Positions 10,765-20,786 of a stretch of DNA of 25,830 nt are shown one piece after another. Below the pieces are notes generated by a model, which did not search any database, was not told where the DNA came from, and saw nothing but the letters and a program-made list of their open reading frames with translations. The stretch comes from Octopus sinensis (Eukaryota): the NCBI RefSeq assembly GCF_006345805.1, contig NW_021836019.1, forward strand, positions 1 through 25,830. The letters run 5' to 3'. Position numbers and translations under genes: made by a program. How positions within the stretch are numbered: position 1 is the first letter of the stretch; every line of letters starts with the position of its first letter.

Positions 10765-10965
10765 ACTGAATGGCATTTTGGGCAAGTGTTCTCTGCTATA
10801 GCCCTGGGCAAACTATTTCCTTGTGAGTGAATTTGGTAGACAGAATTTATGTGCAACTAGTTTGGTAGACTGAACTATGTGTATAGGGAGAGGGTCTGTC
10901 CTTCTGTCCTTCACCACTTTTACTTGATAACCAGTGTTGGTTTGTTTTTGTCACCATAACTTACG
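10765..10965 (+). mobile_element. Degenerate family B SINE middle part
   Basis: TTGGGCAAGTGTTCTCTGCTATAGCCCTGGGC...TTGTGAGTGAATTTGGTAGACAG. Confidence 0.55.
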
Positions 10966-11158
10966 TGCAGTGGCACGTAAAAGCACCCAGCACACTTTGT
11001 AAAGTGGTTGGCATTAGGAAGGGAATCCAGCCATAGAAACGATGCCACAACAGGCAGTTGGTGTCTGGACAGCCCCTTGCTAGCCAGCACCATGTCAAAC
11101 CGTCCAACCCATGCCAGCATGGAAAGTGGCCCCTAAACAATGATGATGATGATGATGC
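10966..11158 (+). mobile_element. Family C RTE-like tail
   Basis: GTGGCACGTAAAAGCACCCAGCACAC...CCATGCCAGCATGGAAAGTGG...(GAT)n. Confidence 0.75.
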
Positions 11159-11244
11159 AGCTGAGAAGGAACCAGTTTTCTACCAGGTGTTGAGAGGTTA
11201 AAGAATGACAGCAGGCACAGGTGTCTTGCTATAGAGGAGATATA

Positions 11245-11844
11245 GGCAGCGAGCTGGCAGAAACGTTAGCACGCCAGGTGAAATGCGTAGCCGTATTTCG
11301 TCTGCCGTTACATTCCGAGTTCAAATTCCGCCGAGGTCGACTTTGCTTTTCATCCTTTCGGGGTCGATAAATTAAGTACCAGTTATGCACTGGGGTCGAT
11401 ATAATCGACTTAATCCGTTTGTCTGTCCTTGTTTGTCCCCTCTGTGTTTAGCCCCTTGTGAGTAGTAAAGTAATAGGTATTTCGTCTGCTGCTACGTTCT
11501 GAGTTCAAATTCCGCCGAGGTCGACTTTGCTTTTCATCCTTTCGGGGTCGATAAATTAAAGTACCAGTTACGCACTGGGGTCGATATAATCGACTTAATC
11601 CGTTTGTCTGTCCTTCTTTGTCCCCTCTGTGTTTAGCCCCTTGTGGGTAGTAAAGAAATAGGTATTTCGTCTGCCGCTACGTTCTGAGTTCAAATTGCGC
11701 CGAGGTTGACTTTGCCTTTCATCCTTTCGGGGTCGATAAATTAAGTACCAGTTACGCACTGGGGTCGATATAATCAACTTAATCCGTTTGTCTATCCTTG
11801 TTTGTCCTCTCTGTGTTTAGCCCCTTGTGGGTAGTAAAGAAATA
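11245..11844 (+). mobile_element. tRNA-derived SINE, family E, trimeric (one head plus three 184-185-bp units) with a 15-bp TSD
   Basis: A-box-like TGGCAGAAACG (11255) and B box GAGTTCAAATTCC (11317). Units start at 11294, 11478 and 11663. GCTATAGAGGAGATA occurs at 11228-11242 and 11845-11859. Confidence 0.9.
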
Positions 11845-11879
11845 GCTATAGAGGAGATAAAGGGCGAGATATAAATTAT

Positions 11880-12065
11880 ATTACCCATTTTTTTTTTGTT
11901 ACCATAATACTGTTGGAAAACACCACCTTGTGTTAATTAATTTTGAAAATAATGAATAATTTATTAAACTAATTGTTATTATTAAACAGGTGTTTGGGAC
12001 TGTCTGGGACAAATTAACATGGAATTTTGATGGACAGTTTAAATTTAGATCTCTTTAAAACAGGT
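11880..12065 (-). mobile_element. piggyBac-like (TTAA) MITE, partial
   Basis: Reverse complement of the 13380-13541 portion (GGGACAAATTAACATGGAATTTTGATGGAC...TTTAGATC). Confidence 0.65.
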
Positions 12066-12132
12066 AAGTGATGTTATAGAAAAGAAGCGCCGTGAGGCAG
12101 AATGGCATCACAAGCATTAAATATAAATTATA

Positions 12133-12215
12133 TTAACCTTTTTGCTGCCATATTTCTGTTGAAAAATGCCACTTCATTTTTGATTAATTTTTGAAATAAT
12201 GAAAAATTTAGTTAA
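12133..12215 (-). mobile_element. piggyBac-like MITE 3' fragment
   Basis: TTAACCTTTTTGCTGCCATATTTCTGTTGAAA is the reverse complement of the family end (..TTCAACA..ATATGGTAACGAAAAGGTTAA). Confidence 0.55.
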
Positions 12216-12799
12216 CTCCCTGTAGTTATTAGACTGGTTTTAAAAGTCTGTGAGTGTGAATGGGAATAATTGGAAACAAGAGAATAATGGTGTGAAGGGG
12301 CAGTGGAAGTATATTCCCAAAGTAAAGAAAGGTGAGTATATGAGAGAGGATAGAGAGAGGATGGCAAAGGTGGGTGGCTAAGTTCATAAGAGCATGATAT
12401 GAGAGTGATTGATGGTCAGGGATGGGTGGGTAGAGGTGAATGTAGTGAAAAATGAACAAGGGTGGAGGTGTGGTCAGAGGTAAATATCTGTATGGAAGGA
12501 GGGAAGGATGGAATGCAGTATAATAATAATAATAATAATAATGATGATAATAATAATGTGGAGAGAGATCAATACGTAGGCAGACAATGCACGATGCAGG
12601 AAAGGAGAGAGAGAGAGAGGAAGAGTCATAGATGGACAGAGAGAGAGAGAGAGAGAAACAGACATATGTACAGGGAGAGATACAAAGAAAGAGATGGAAA
12701 GAGACAGAGAGATAGACAGATGTACGGAGAGATAGAAAGACAGACAAGAAACCAACAAAAATAGAGATAAAGAGAAAGAAAGAGAGAAGCAGAGAGAGG

Positions 12800-12875
12800 T
12801 GAGGAGACAAATTAATCAAAATTAATCAAAACAAGGTAGTGCCTTTCAACAATAATATGGTAACGAAAAGGTTAA
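12800..12875 (+). mobile_element. piggyBac-like MITE 3' fragment
   Basis: AATTAATCAAAACAAGGTAGTGCCTTTCAACAATAATATGGTAACGAAAAGGTTAA. Confidence 0.6.
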
Positions 12876-12885
12876 TATAATTTAT

Positions 12886-13303
12886 ATATTTCTTTACTAC
12901 CCACAAGGGGCTAAACACAAAGGGGACAAACAAGGACAGACAAAGGGATTAAGTCGATTATATCGACCCCCAGTGCGTAACTGGTACTTAATTTATCGAC
13001 CATGAAAGGATGAAAGGCAAAGTCAACTTCGGCGGAATTTGAACTCAGAACGTAACGGCAGACGAAATACCTATTTCTTTACTACCCACAAGGGGCTAAA
13101 TACAGAGGGGACAAACAAGGGCAGACAAAGGGATTATGTCGATTATATCGACCCCCAGTATGAAACTGGTACTTAATTTATCAACCACGAAAGGATGAAA
13201 GGCAAAGTTGACTTCGGCGGAATTTGAACTCAGAACGTAACGGCAGACGAAATACGGCTACGCATTTCGCCCGACGTGCTAACGTTTCTGCCAGCTCGCA
13301 GCC
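12886..13303 (-). mobile_element. Family E SINE, dimeric
   Basis: Reverse complement of 11245-11660: one head (13250-13303) plus two units with the same unit junction. Confidence 0.9.
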
Positions 13304-13307
13304 TTAT

Positions 13308-13541
13308 TTAAACCTTTTGATACCAACCTGCCTGATGGCACTCTGGTTCTATGGTACAGATTTCCTATTTAAAGGATCTAAATTAGAACCGTCCGTCAAA
13401 ATTCCATGTTAATTTGTCCCAGACGGTCCCAAGCACCAGTTTAATAATGACAATTATTTTACAAAATTCTTTATTATTTTCAAAATTAATTAAAGCAAGG
13501 TGGTGTTTTTCAAAAGTATTACAATAACAAAAAAGGGTCAA
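13308..13541 (+). mobile_element. piggyBac-like MITE, near full length
   Basis: Starts TTAAACCTTTTG and ends AAAAGGGTCAA. Family ends across copies suggest TTAA|CCCTTT...AAAGGG|TTAA. Confidence 0.65.
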
Positions 13542-13555
13542 TGTAATCTGTATTT

Positions 13556-13981
13556 CTCCCTTTTGATACCAACTCACCTGGGGGCATCCTGTTTTAAATG
13601 CCATAAACTTTCTGTTTCAAGTGATCTAAAATTAAAACATTTCCATGAAAATGTCGTTAATTTGTCCCAAACACCAGTTTAATAACAATGGTTATTTCAC
13701 TAAATTCTTCATCATTTAAAAAATTATATCGACCCCAAGAGAAAAGGTTAGTATAATTTATATTTCACTCTTTCCAACCCGCCTGAGGCCATCCAATTTG
13801 AATGACACACACTTCCTATTTCAAGTGATCTAAACTGAAATCTTCTGTCAAAATTTAATGCTAATTTGTTCCAAACTCTAACTTAATGACAAAATTATTT
13901 TACTAAAATCTTCGTTATTTGAAAAATTAATAGCAACAAAAACAAAGCAGTTCAAGAGTATTATGATAACTAAAGGGTAAA
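13556..13981 (+). mobile_element. Two further degenerate copies of the same MITE (about 13556-13722 and 13765-13981)
   Basis: CCCTTTTGATACCAAC..CCTG, TTCAAGTGATCTAAA and TAATTTGT.CCAAAC recur in both; the second ends AAAGGGTAAA. Confidence 0.6.
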
Positions 13982-14059
13982 CTATGGCTCCCCTCTGTCA
14001 ATATTCCAAATTACCTTGTCATTGGCCCTTCTTTTTTCAACTCAAAATTGCTATAAGCA

Positions 14060-14170
14060 TGATTTTAAGTTCAATCCCACTGTATGGCACCTTGGTCCAA
14101 TGTCTTCTACCGCAGCCGAAGGTCAACCGATTCTTTGTGAGTAAATTTGGCAGGTGGAAACTCTGTGTAT
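14060..14170 (+). mobile_element. Degenerate family B SINE 5'/middle part
   Basis: GTTCAATCCCACTGTATGGCACCTTGGTCCAATGTCTTCTAC...TTGTGAGTAAATTTGGCAGGTGGAAAC. Confidence 0.6.
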
Positions 14171-14184
14171 GTCTATATATTCTT

Positions 14185-14392
14185 CTATTCTTTGACTTGT
14201 TTCAATCATTTGACTGCGGCCATGCTGGAGCACCGCCTTTTTAGTTGAACAAATCAACCCCCAGGACTTATTCTTTGTAAGCCTAGTAATTATTTCTGTC
14301 AGTCTCCTTTGCCGAACTGCCAAGCTGTGGGGACATAAATACACCAACATCGGTTGTCAAGCGATGGAGGGAGGACAAACACAGATACACAA

Positions 14393-14436
<44 letters not shown>

Positions 14437-14531
14437 GTAAAAGACTTTCTCACTTTCCCAAGCATCAAACTAATACACCTGGTTGTTGTTTATACACCTG
14501 TCTTTGTCTTTTGGTTTTCTGTAATTTTCAG

Positions 14532-14568
<37 letters not shown>

Positions 14569-14615
14569 GACAGGCTTCTTTTAATTTCTGTCTACCAAAT
14601 CCACTCACAAGGCTT
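14185..14615 (-). mobile_element. Family B SINE 3' and middle part with expanded internal microsatellite
   Basis: CTTGTTTCAATCATTTGACTGCGGCCATGCTGGAGCACCGCC...GGTTGTCAAGCGATG...TCTACCAAATCCACTCACAAGGCTTTG. Confidence 0.8.
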
Positions 14616-14659
14616 TGATTTGATTTGATTTGGTGGAGCTATTTGAGAATACATAGGGG

Positions 14660-14834
14660 ACACACAAAGAATTATATATATATATATATGTATGTATGTA
14701 TGTATGTATACATGTATGTATGTATATATATATATATATGTATATATATATCTATATATATGTATATATATATATATGTATATATGTATGTATGCATATA
14801 TATATATGTGTGTGTGTGTGTGTGTATCTGTATA

Positions 14835-14870
<36 letters not shown>

Positions 14871-14910
14871 CATATGTGTGTATGTATAAATGTATATGTA
14901 TGTATAAATA
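14660..14910. repeat. Compound (TA)/(TATG)/(TG) microsatellite
   Basis: Direct inspection. Confidence 0.95.
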
Positions 14911-14924
14911 CACACAAAAACAAA

Positions 14925-15055
14925 AAAAGCTTCTTTTAGTTTCCATTCCCAAGACCAGGGTTACACAACAACACTTGCCCAAGGTGTCATGCAGTAGGAC
15001 CGAACCTGAAACCATGTAATTGGGAAGTAAACTTCTTACCCCACAGCCACACACA
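14925..15055 (-). mobile_element. Family B SINE head
   Basis: ACACTTGCCCAAGGTGTCATGCAGTAGGACCGAACC...CTTCTTACCCCACAGCCAC. Confidence 0.7.
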
Positions 15056-15734
15056 TACATATACCTTCACACACATATACACACACATACATATGTACAT
15101 AGATTTTATACTGTTTCTTATAAGCTTTATATAGTTTCTGTCTACCAAATTCACTCAGAAGGTTAAAATAAAAGTATTATGCCCAAGACCCAGTTTCCAA
15201 CACTCAACAAATGCCATTTTCTCATAAAGAGTCTGTGACCCCAATGCCTATGCACAACGGGAATCATTTCTCTCATATCATACATTTCTGACCTAGTTCT
15301 AGAGCTTTTGAATATCACCAGTTTCTTCAGGAAAATCACAAAGAACACAATTTCTGATTTCCTTCTTGAAACAAGAAAAAAAAAAAAAATTTTTTTTTTT
15401 TATCAAATAAATAAAATGCGTTTTGCCCAATGGAACAAATCAATAGTTATCTAAATATTGGTGGGCACTGTGAGTAGAAAGTCATCTCGTGGCATACAGG
15501 ATCTTACAGAGTCCGGTCTTTGCCTGCTCAGTCAGCGGTTTCAGTTAATCTGATTTGCATTGCTAATGCACCCTAGGAAACACCACAAATAGAAGAAATT
15601 CATATTTTCTAACGAGCTTCCAGTTGTTCTATATAAGAAATCATTAATATCCTTGAGCAAAAATATCAGTGATATTTTGTGAAATATGTTTTAACAAGAA
15701 AAATTTTTCAAATGTTAAGATTTCTCCATCAATA

Positions 15735-15860
15735 TATCATCATTATTATTATTAATATTATTATTATTATTATTACTACTACTATTGTTGCTGTTGTTAT
15801 TACTATGATTGTTATTATTATTGTTGCTATTATTATTATTATAATTATTATTATTATTAT
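15735..15860. repeat. (ATT/GTT/ACT)n trinucleotide block
   Basis: Direct inspection. Confidence 0.9.
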
Positions 15861-16020
15861 TAATACATCTTTTTTTTCAAGAAATGTCAAAAAAAAAATT
15901 TTTTTTTTATTTTTTGGTGTTTTATTTTTATCTATGATATTTTACAGGTTTTGGTTGCATTGCATTTCTTTCATTTTTATATTTTTATTTTCTTTCTTTT
16001 TTTTTTTTTTGAAATCCTAG

Positions 16021-16058
16021 AAAAGTCTTGCACACGCAAATGTGCAGAAAATTACACG
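16021..16058 (+). CDS. Candidate 38-nt internal exon, product unknown
   Basis: Long polypyrimidine tract ending GAAATCCTAG (AG at 16019-20) and donor ACG|GTGAGT (16059). All three frames are open: KSLAHANVQKITR, KVLHTQMCRKLH, KSCTRKCAENYT. Confidence 0.45.
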
Positions 16059-16550
16059 GTGAGTTTTCAAAAAAAAAAAAAAAAAAGAAAACTTTGCAAT
16101 GGGTCACCTTTATGAGACACACGCCATCGTAAGGACAGCATTAATCATCCTTTGGCACAAAAAAAAAAGATAAGATATTTTAAATAAATATAACCAAAAA
16201 AAAAAAACTAAAGATTCTTTAAAAAATGAATAATAATGATGATGGTGGTAATTTTTTTTTTTTTTTTGAAAGATGGTCACGGAATGTTTTTGAAAATCAT
16301 GGACATGAAATGAAATGAAAGATGGATGATGTGAGTTTGGTTTGGTTTGGTACAGGGTAAAAATAAAAAATGGAAAGAAGAAAAGAAGAGCGATAGAAAG
16401 TGACGAGATAAAAAGGTAAAAATAAGCTAAAGTTGAGAACTTAATGGATGAAATGTTTATGGGAGAGTTCTAGAAGAGTTTGGTAAGTTCAGGCTGCTGC
16501 GAGGAATAAAGCTAATGTTGTTATGTTTTGTGCGCTCTAGCCATTCGGCT

Positions 16551-16554
<4 letters not shown>

Positions 16555-16588
<34 letters not shown>

Positions 16589-17245
16589 AGAACACATAGA
16601 CACACAAAGACACAGGGAGAAATAGAAACAGACAGAGACATACACAGAGAGACAGAAATAGAAAGACACAAAGAGACAGACAGAGAGATATAGGCAAAGA
16701 TAGATCAGAGAGAGAAAGAGACTGAAGCAGAAAGAGAGAGAGAGAGACAAATCAGAGAGAGAGAGACAAACACAGAGAGAGAAACAGAAGAGATAAGATA
16801 TAGATACAGAGAGAAGGGAAAGAGAAAGAGAGAGACATAGATAAACAGAGAGACAGACAGACGGGGAGATAATGAGACAGACACAGAAAGATAAAGAGAG
16901 ACTACAGACAGACAGAGATAGAGAGAGAGAGAGAGATAAACACATAGAGAGAGAGAGAGAGAGAGAGAGACAGTAGCGGGCAGAGAGGTAATGAGACAGA
17001 AATGAAACAGACAGACAGACATATACATACACAGGGAAAGATAGTGACAGAGAAAGACACAAAAAGATAGAGAGAGAGAGAGGAGAGATACAAAGAGATA
17101 GACATGGACAGATATATAGATAGACAGATCAGAGAGAGAGAGACAGAGGCTGAGACAGAGAGAGATAGACAGAAAGACACACACACACACACACACACAC
17201 ATACATACAAAGAGACGCATTGAGAGAGAGAGAGAGAGAGAGAGA
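16555..17245. repeat. About 690-bp purine-rich (GA)/(GACA)/(GATA) block
   Basis: Direct inspection. Confidence 0.95.
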
Positions 17246-17272
17246 ATGTGATGTTCATTGCTATGGTTGTAG

Positions 17273-17284
17273 GACACCTAAAAG
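17273..17284 (+). other. Candidate 12-nt microexon (24 nt with the alternative donor at 17297)
   Basis: TTCATTGCTATGGTTGTAG|GACACCTAAAAG|GTGAGTGTCCAG|GTAATG, then a T-rich tract. Confidence 0.2.
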
Positions 17285-17614
17285 GTGAGTGTCCAGGTAA
17301 TGTTTATTATTGATTTATTTCTTTGTTTATTTAAGGTTCCCTGTGTGTGTGTGTGTGTGTGTGTTTTGCTGAAAACTAGGTCTTCAGACTTATTTCTGCT
17401 ACATTTTTGTCAATGACCCATAATTTCTTTTCCAGCGGGGGCAAAAAAAAACACCAACAAAATACTTAAGACATTCATTTTCTGTTTTTTTTTTGTTGTT
17501 GTTGTTTTTATTGTTACTTTAAGTACTGAAAACAGAAAATAAAGCAATTTGGGGAGTGGGGTGGCAATGTTGGTGGGGGTGGCAGTGGTCGCTGCCACAG
17601 TGATAGTGGTAATG

Positions 17615-17900
17615 TACTTAATCTATCGGTCTCTTTTGCCAAACCGCTAAGTTACGGGGACGTAAGCATACCCCATCGGTTGTCAAGCAATGTTAGGGGG
17701 ACAAACACAAACACACATATATATATACATATACATATATACGACGGGCTTCTTTCAGTTTCCGTCTACCAAATCCATTCACAAGGCTTTGGTCGGCCCG
17801 AGGCTATAGTAAAAGACACTTGCCCAAGGTGCCATGCAATGGGACTGAACCCAGAACAATATGGTTCGTTAGGAAACTACTTACGACACAGCCACCCATA
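17615..17900 (-). mobile_element. Family B SINE lacking its 3' end
   Basis: Close reverse complement of 1823-2120. Confidence 0.85.
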
Positions 17901-18095
17901 TAATTATTCTTTAACAAAAACAGTACTGATGGTGACTTTGACCTTTTGGCAATCTAAGCCGTCATTTGAGTATAATTCATTTAGGTGTGTCTTGGCTTTA
18001 CATAGTCTCAAATACGTTTTAACAGAATTCAGGTTACCCAAAGAAATTTTAACTTGACGAAGACAATATAAAGCCAGGATGAACCTAAACGAATT

Positions 18096-18141
18096 ACTGT
18101 TTGATGACTGCTTTGAGTGGCCGAAACTTCAAAGTCACTGT
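18096..18141 (+). ncRNA. Candidate degenerate minimal type I hammerhead ribozyme (C3U)
   Basis: ACTGT-TTGATGA(18101)-CTGCTTTGAGTGGCC-GAAAC(18123)-TTCAAA-GTC(18134)-ACTGT. Confidence 0.4.
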
Positions 18142-18249
18142 CGATACTGTTCTTGCTGAAGAATAATAAATGTGTCCACTGACGAACGTATTGAGTAATT
18201 CTACAATTTAATGTAAAGCTGTTTTTATTATAACATAAAAACAACCATA

Positions 18250-18459
18250 TATATGTGTGTGTTTGTGTGTGTGTGAGTGTGTATGTGAATGTGTGTGTGT
18301 ATATATATATATTATATTAAATTATTATTATATATACATGTATGTAATATATATATATATATGTATGTATGTGTGTGTGTATTTATATATATATATATAT
18401 ATATATAGACACATGCATGTATATGTATGTGTATATATGTGTGTGTGTGTGTGTGTGTG

Positions 18460-18494
<35 letters not shown>

Positions 18495-18652
18495 AGAGAG
18501 AGAGAGAGAGAGAGAGTGACAGATAGATAGATAGATAGATGAATGAATACACACTTATTTCTATACAAATATACATACATACATGGAAACACAGATATCT
18601 ATATCTGTGTGTATAATAAATATATACACACACACATACATACCCGATAAAC

Positions 18653-18687
<35 letters not shown>

Positions 18688-18690
18688 TTG
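18250..18690. repeat. Compound TG/TA/GA/GATA microsatellite
   Basis: Direct inspection. Confidence 0.9.
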
Positions 18691-19324
18691 TCCATTCCCT
18701 ATATAATCAAAATTTTACCAGTTATTGGTTTTCAATAATTAATAATTGATAGAGAAATTAAGTTTCTAGACATAAAATATTATCTTTTTGATTGTTGCTG
18801 CCTGTTGATAGCTTCTTCCTACTTTTCCAGTCTGTTCCGCCTGCCTTCCTCCGTTGTCTCATGGGTGTGTACATATTTATCTATACATATTCATGCCTGT
18901 GTGTACATATGTGAGTGAGTATGCATATATATGTATGTTTACATATGCTTATTTATATACTGTATATATATATATATAAACATACATATATACATACATA
19001 CACACGCACATAGATACATATATATATTATATATATATATTATATATATATATATATAAAAAACCTATGTACATACACACACACACAGATGTACGTATTA
19101 TTATATATTATATATATATAATAATAAATAAAAAATGGAGAAAAAATACAAGAAAAAGTAACAATGCGAGGACATGGTACATAAGACGCTCAAGGAAGGA
19201 AAGAAAGGGTGATTTACTTTTTGAGCAAAGCTCTTCTTCAGAAACAGGAGACAGAGGAAAGTTCAAGAGAAGATGAAGACGGAGGAAAAAAATCGCCAAC
19301 AATCCACATGTAGAATATTTTGGA

Positions 19325-19374
<50 letters not shown>

Positions 19375-19381
19375 TGTGTGT

Positions 19382-19886
19382 GTGGAGGCACAAAAACCCC
19401 AGTGGTTAGGGCAGCAAACTCGCAGTCGGAGGATCACAGTTTCGATTCCCAGATTGTGAGTGTTTATTGAGCGAAAAACACCTAAAGCTCCACGAGGCTC
19501 CGGCAGGGAGTGGTGGGGAACCCTGCTGCACTCTTTCACCACAACTTTCTCTCACTCTTTCTTCCTGTTTCTGTTGCACCTGTATTTCAAAGGGCCAGCC
19601 TTGCCACACTCTGTGTCATGCTGAATCTCCTCGAGAACTACGTTAAGGGTACACGTGTCTGTGGAGTGCTCAGCCACTTGCACGTTAATAAATAAGCTTC
19701 AATGTCACTGGTGCCAAGCTGTATTGGCCCCTTTGCCTTTCCCTTGGATAACATCGGGGCTTGGAGAGGGGAAGCTGGTATGCGTGGTCAACTGCTGGTC
19801 CTCCATAAACGACCTTGCCCAGACTTGTGCCTCGAAGGGTAACTTTCTAGGTGCAACCCCATGGTCATTCATGACCGAAGGAGGTC
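19382..19886 (+). mobile_element. Family A SINE, copy 2 (tail type 2)
   Basis: Head and body match 475-790, then diverge into GTCACTGGTGCCAAGCTGT...CCATGGTCATTCATGACCGAAGGAGGTC. Confidence 0.85.
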
Positions 19887-20001
19887 AAATATATATAAAT
19901 AATATATATATATATATATTATATATATATATATTATATATATGATTATGCATTTATACATACACTCACACACGCAAACACATACAACCGAAGGAGGTCA
20001 A

Positions 20002-20044
<43 letters not shown>

Positions 20045-20102
20045 GCTTATGCATTTAAACATACACTCACACACGCAAACACATACAACCGAAGGAGGTC
20101 AA

Positions 20103-20159
<57 letters not shown>

Positions 20160-20313
20160 TTATGCATTTATACACACTCAACGCAAACACAAACACATAC
20201 ACCGAAGGAGGTCAAATATATATAAATATATATATAGATATATATATATATATAATGCTTATGCATTATAACTTACACTCACACACGCAAACACATACAA
20301 CCGAAGGAGTCAA

Positions 20314-20362
<49 letters not shown>

Positions 20363-20446
20363 TATATATATGCTTATGCATTTATACATACACTCACACA
20401 CTGCAAACACATACAACGAAGGAGGTCAAATATATATAAATATATA

Positions 20447-20486
<40 letters not shown>

Positions 20487-20551
20487 GCTTATGCATTTAT
20501 ACATACACTCACACCGCAAAACACATAAAACCGAAGGAGGTCAAAATATAT

Positions 20552-20615
<64 letters not shown>

Positions 20616-20720
20616 TGCATTTATACATACACTCACACACGCAAACACATACAACCGAAGGAGGTCAAATATATATAAATATAATATATATATATATATA
20701 TAATATATAATATATATTAC
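19874..20720. repeat. Tandem array of 8 ACCGAAGGAGGTC-anchored units (period about 100-130 bp) with variable (TA)n
   Basis: Anchor at about 19874, 19987, 20088, 20201, 20300, 20416, 20530 and 20654. The constant part is ATGCTTATGCATTTATACATACACTCACACACGCAAACACATACA. Confidence 0.95.
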
Positions 20721-20786
20721 ACACACTCATAGGCAGAGAGGTACAACACACATCATTCACATACAGATATAATACGCACACATTCT

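Noticed and set aside
12233-12331. 99-nt coding exon (TTATTAG acceptor, AAG|GTGAGT donor)
   Set aside because: It has stops in all three frames. A non-coding exon cannot be excluded.
15163-15372. Minus-strand terminal exon (KEIRNCVLCDFPEETGDIQKL* or the 61-aa ORF)
   Set aside because: There is a plausible acceptor, but no recognisable protein and no linked upstream exon.
15508-15572. Minus-strand 65-nt coding exon (TTTCCTAG ... CT|GTAAGA)
   Set aside because: It has stops in all three frames.
16457-16551. Minus-strand exon AEWLERTKHNNISFIPRSSLNLPNSSRTLP*
   Set aside because: The acceptor is supplied by a (CT)n microsatellite, and the peptide is not recognisable.
19150-19310. Acidic coding-like stretch (KQETEESSREDEDGGKKSPTIHM*)
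   Set aside because: It is short, purine-biased and low in complexity, with a weak acceptor context and no homology recognised.
19874-20720. CRISPR array
   Set aside because: The 'spacers' are all (TA)n plus one constant linker, there are no cas genes, and the context is eukaryotic.
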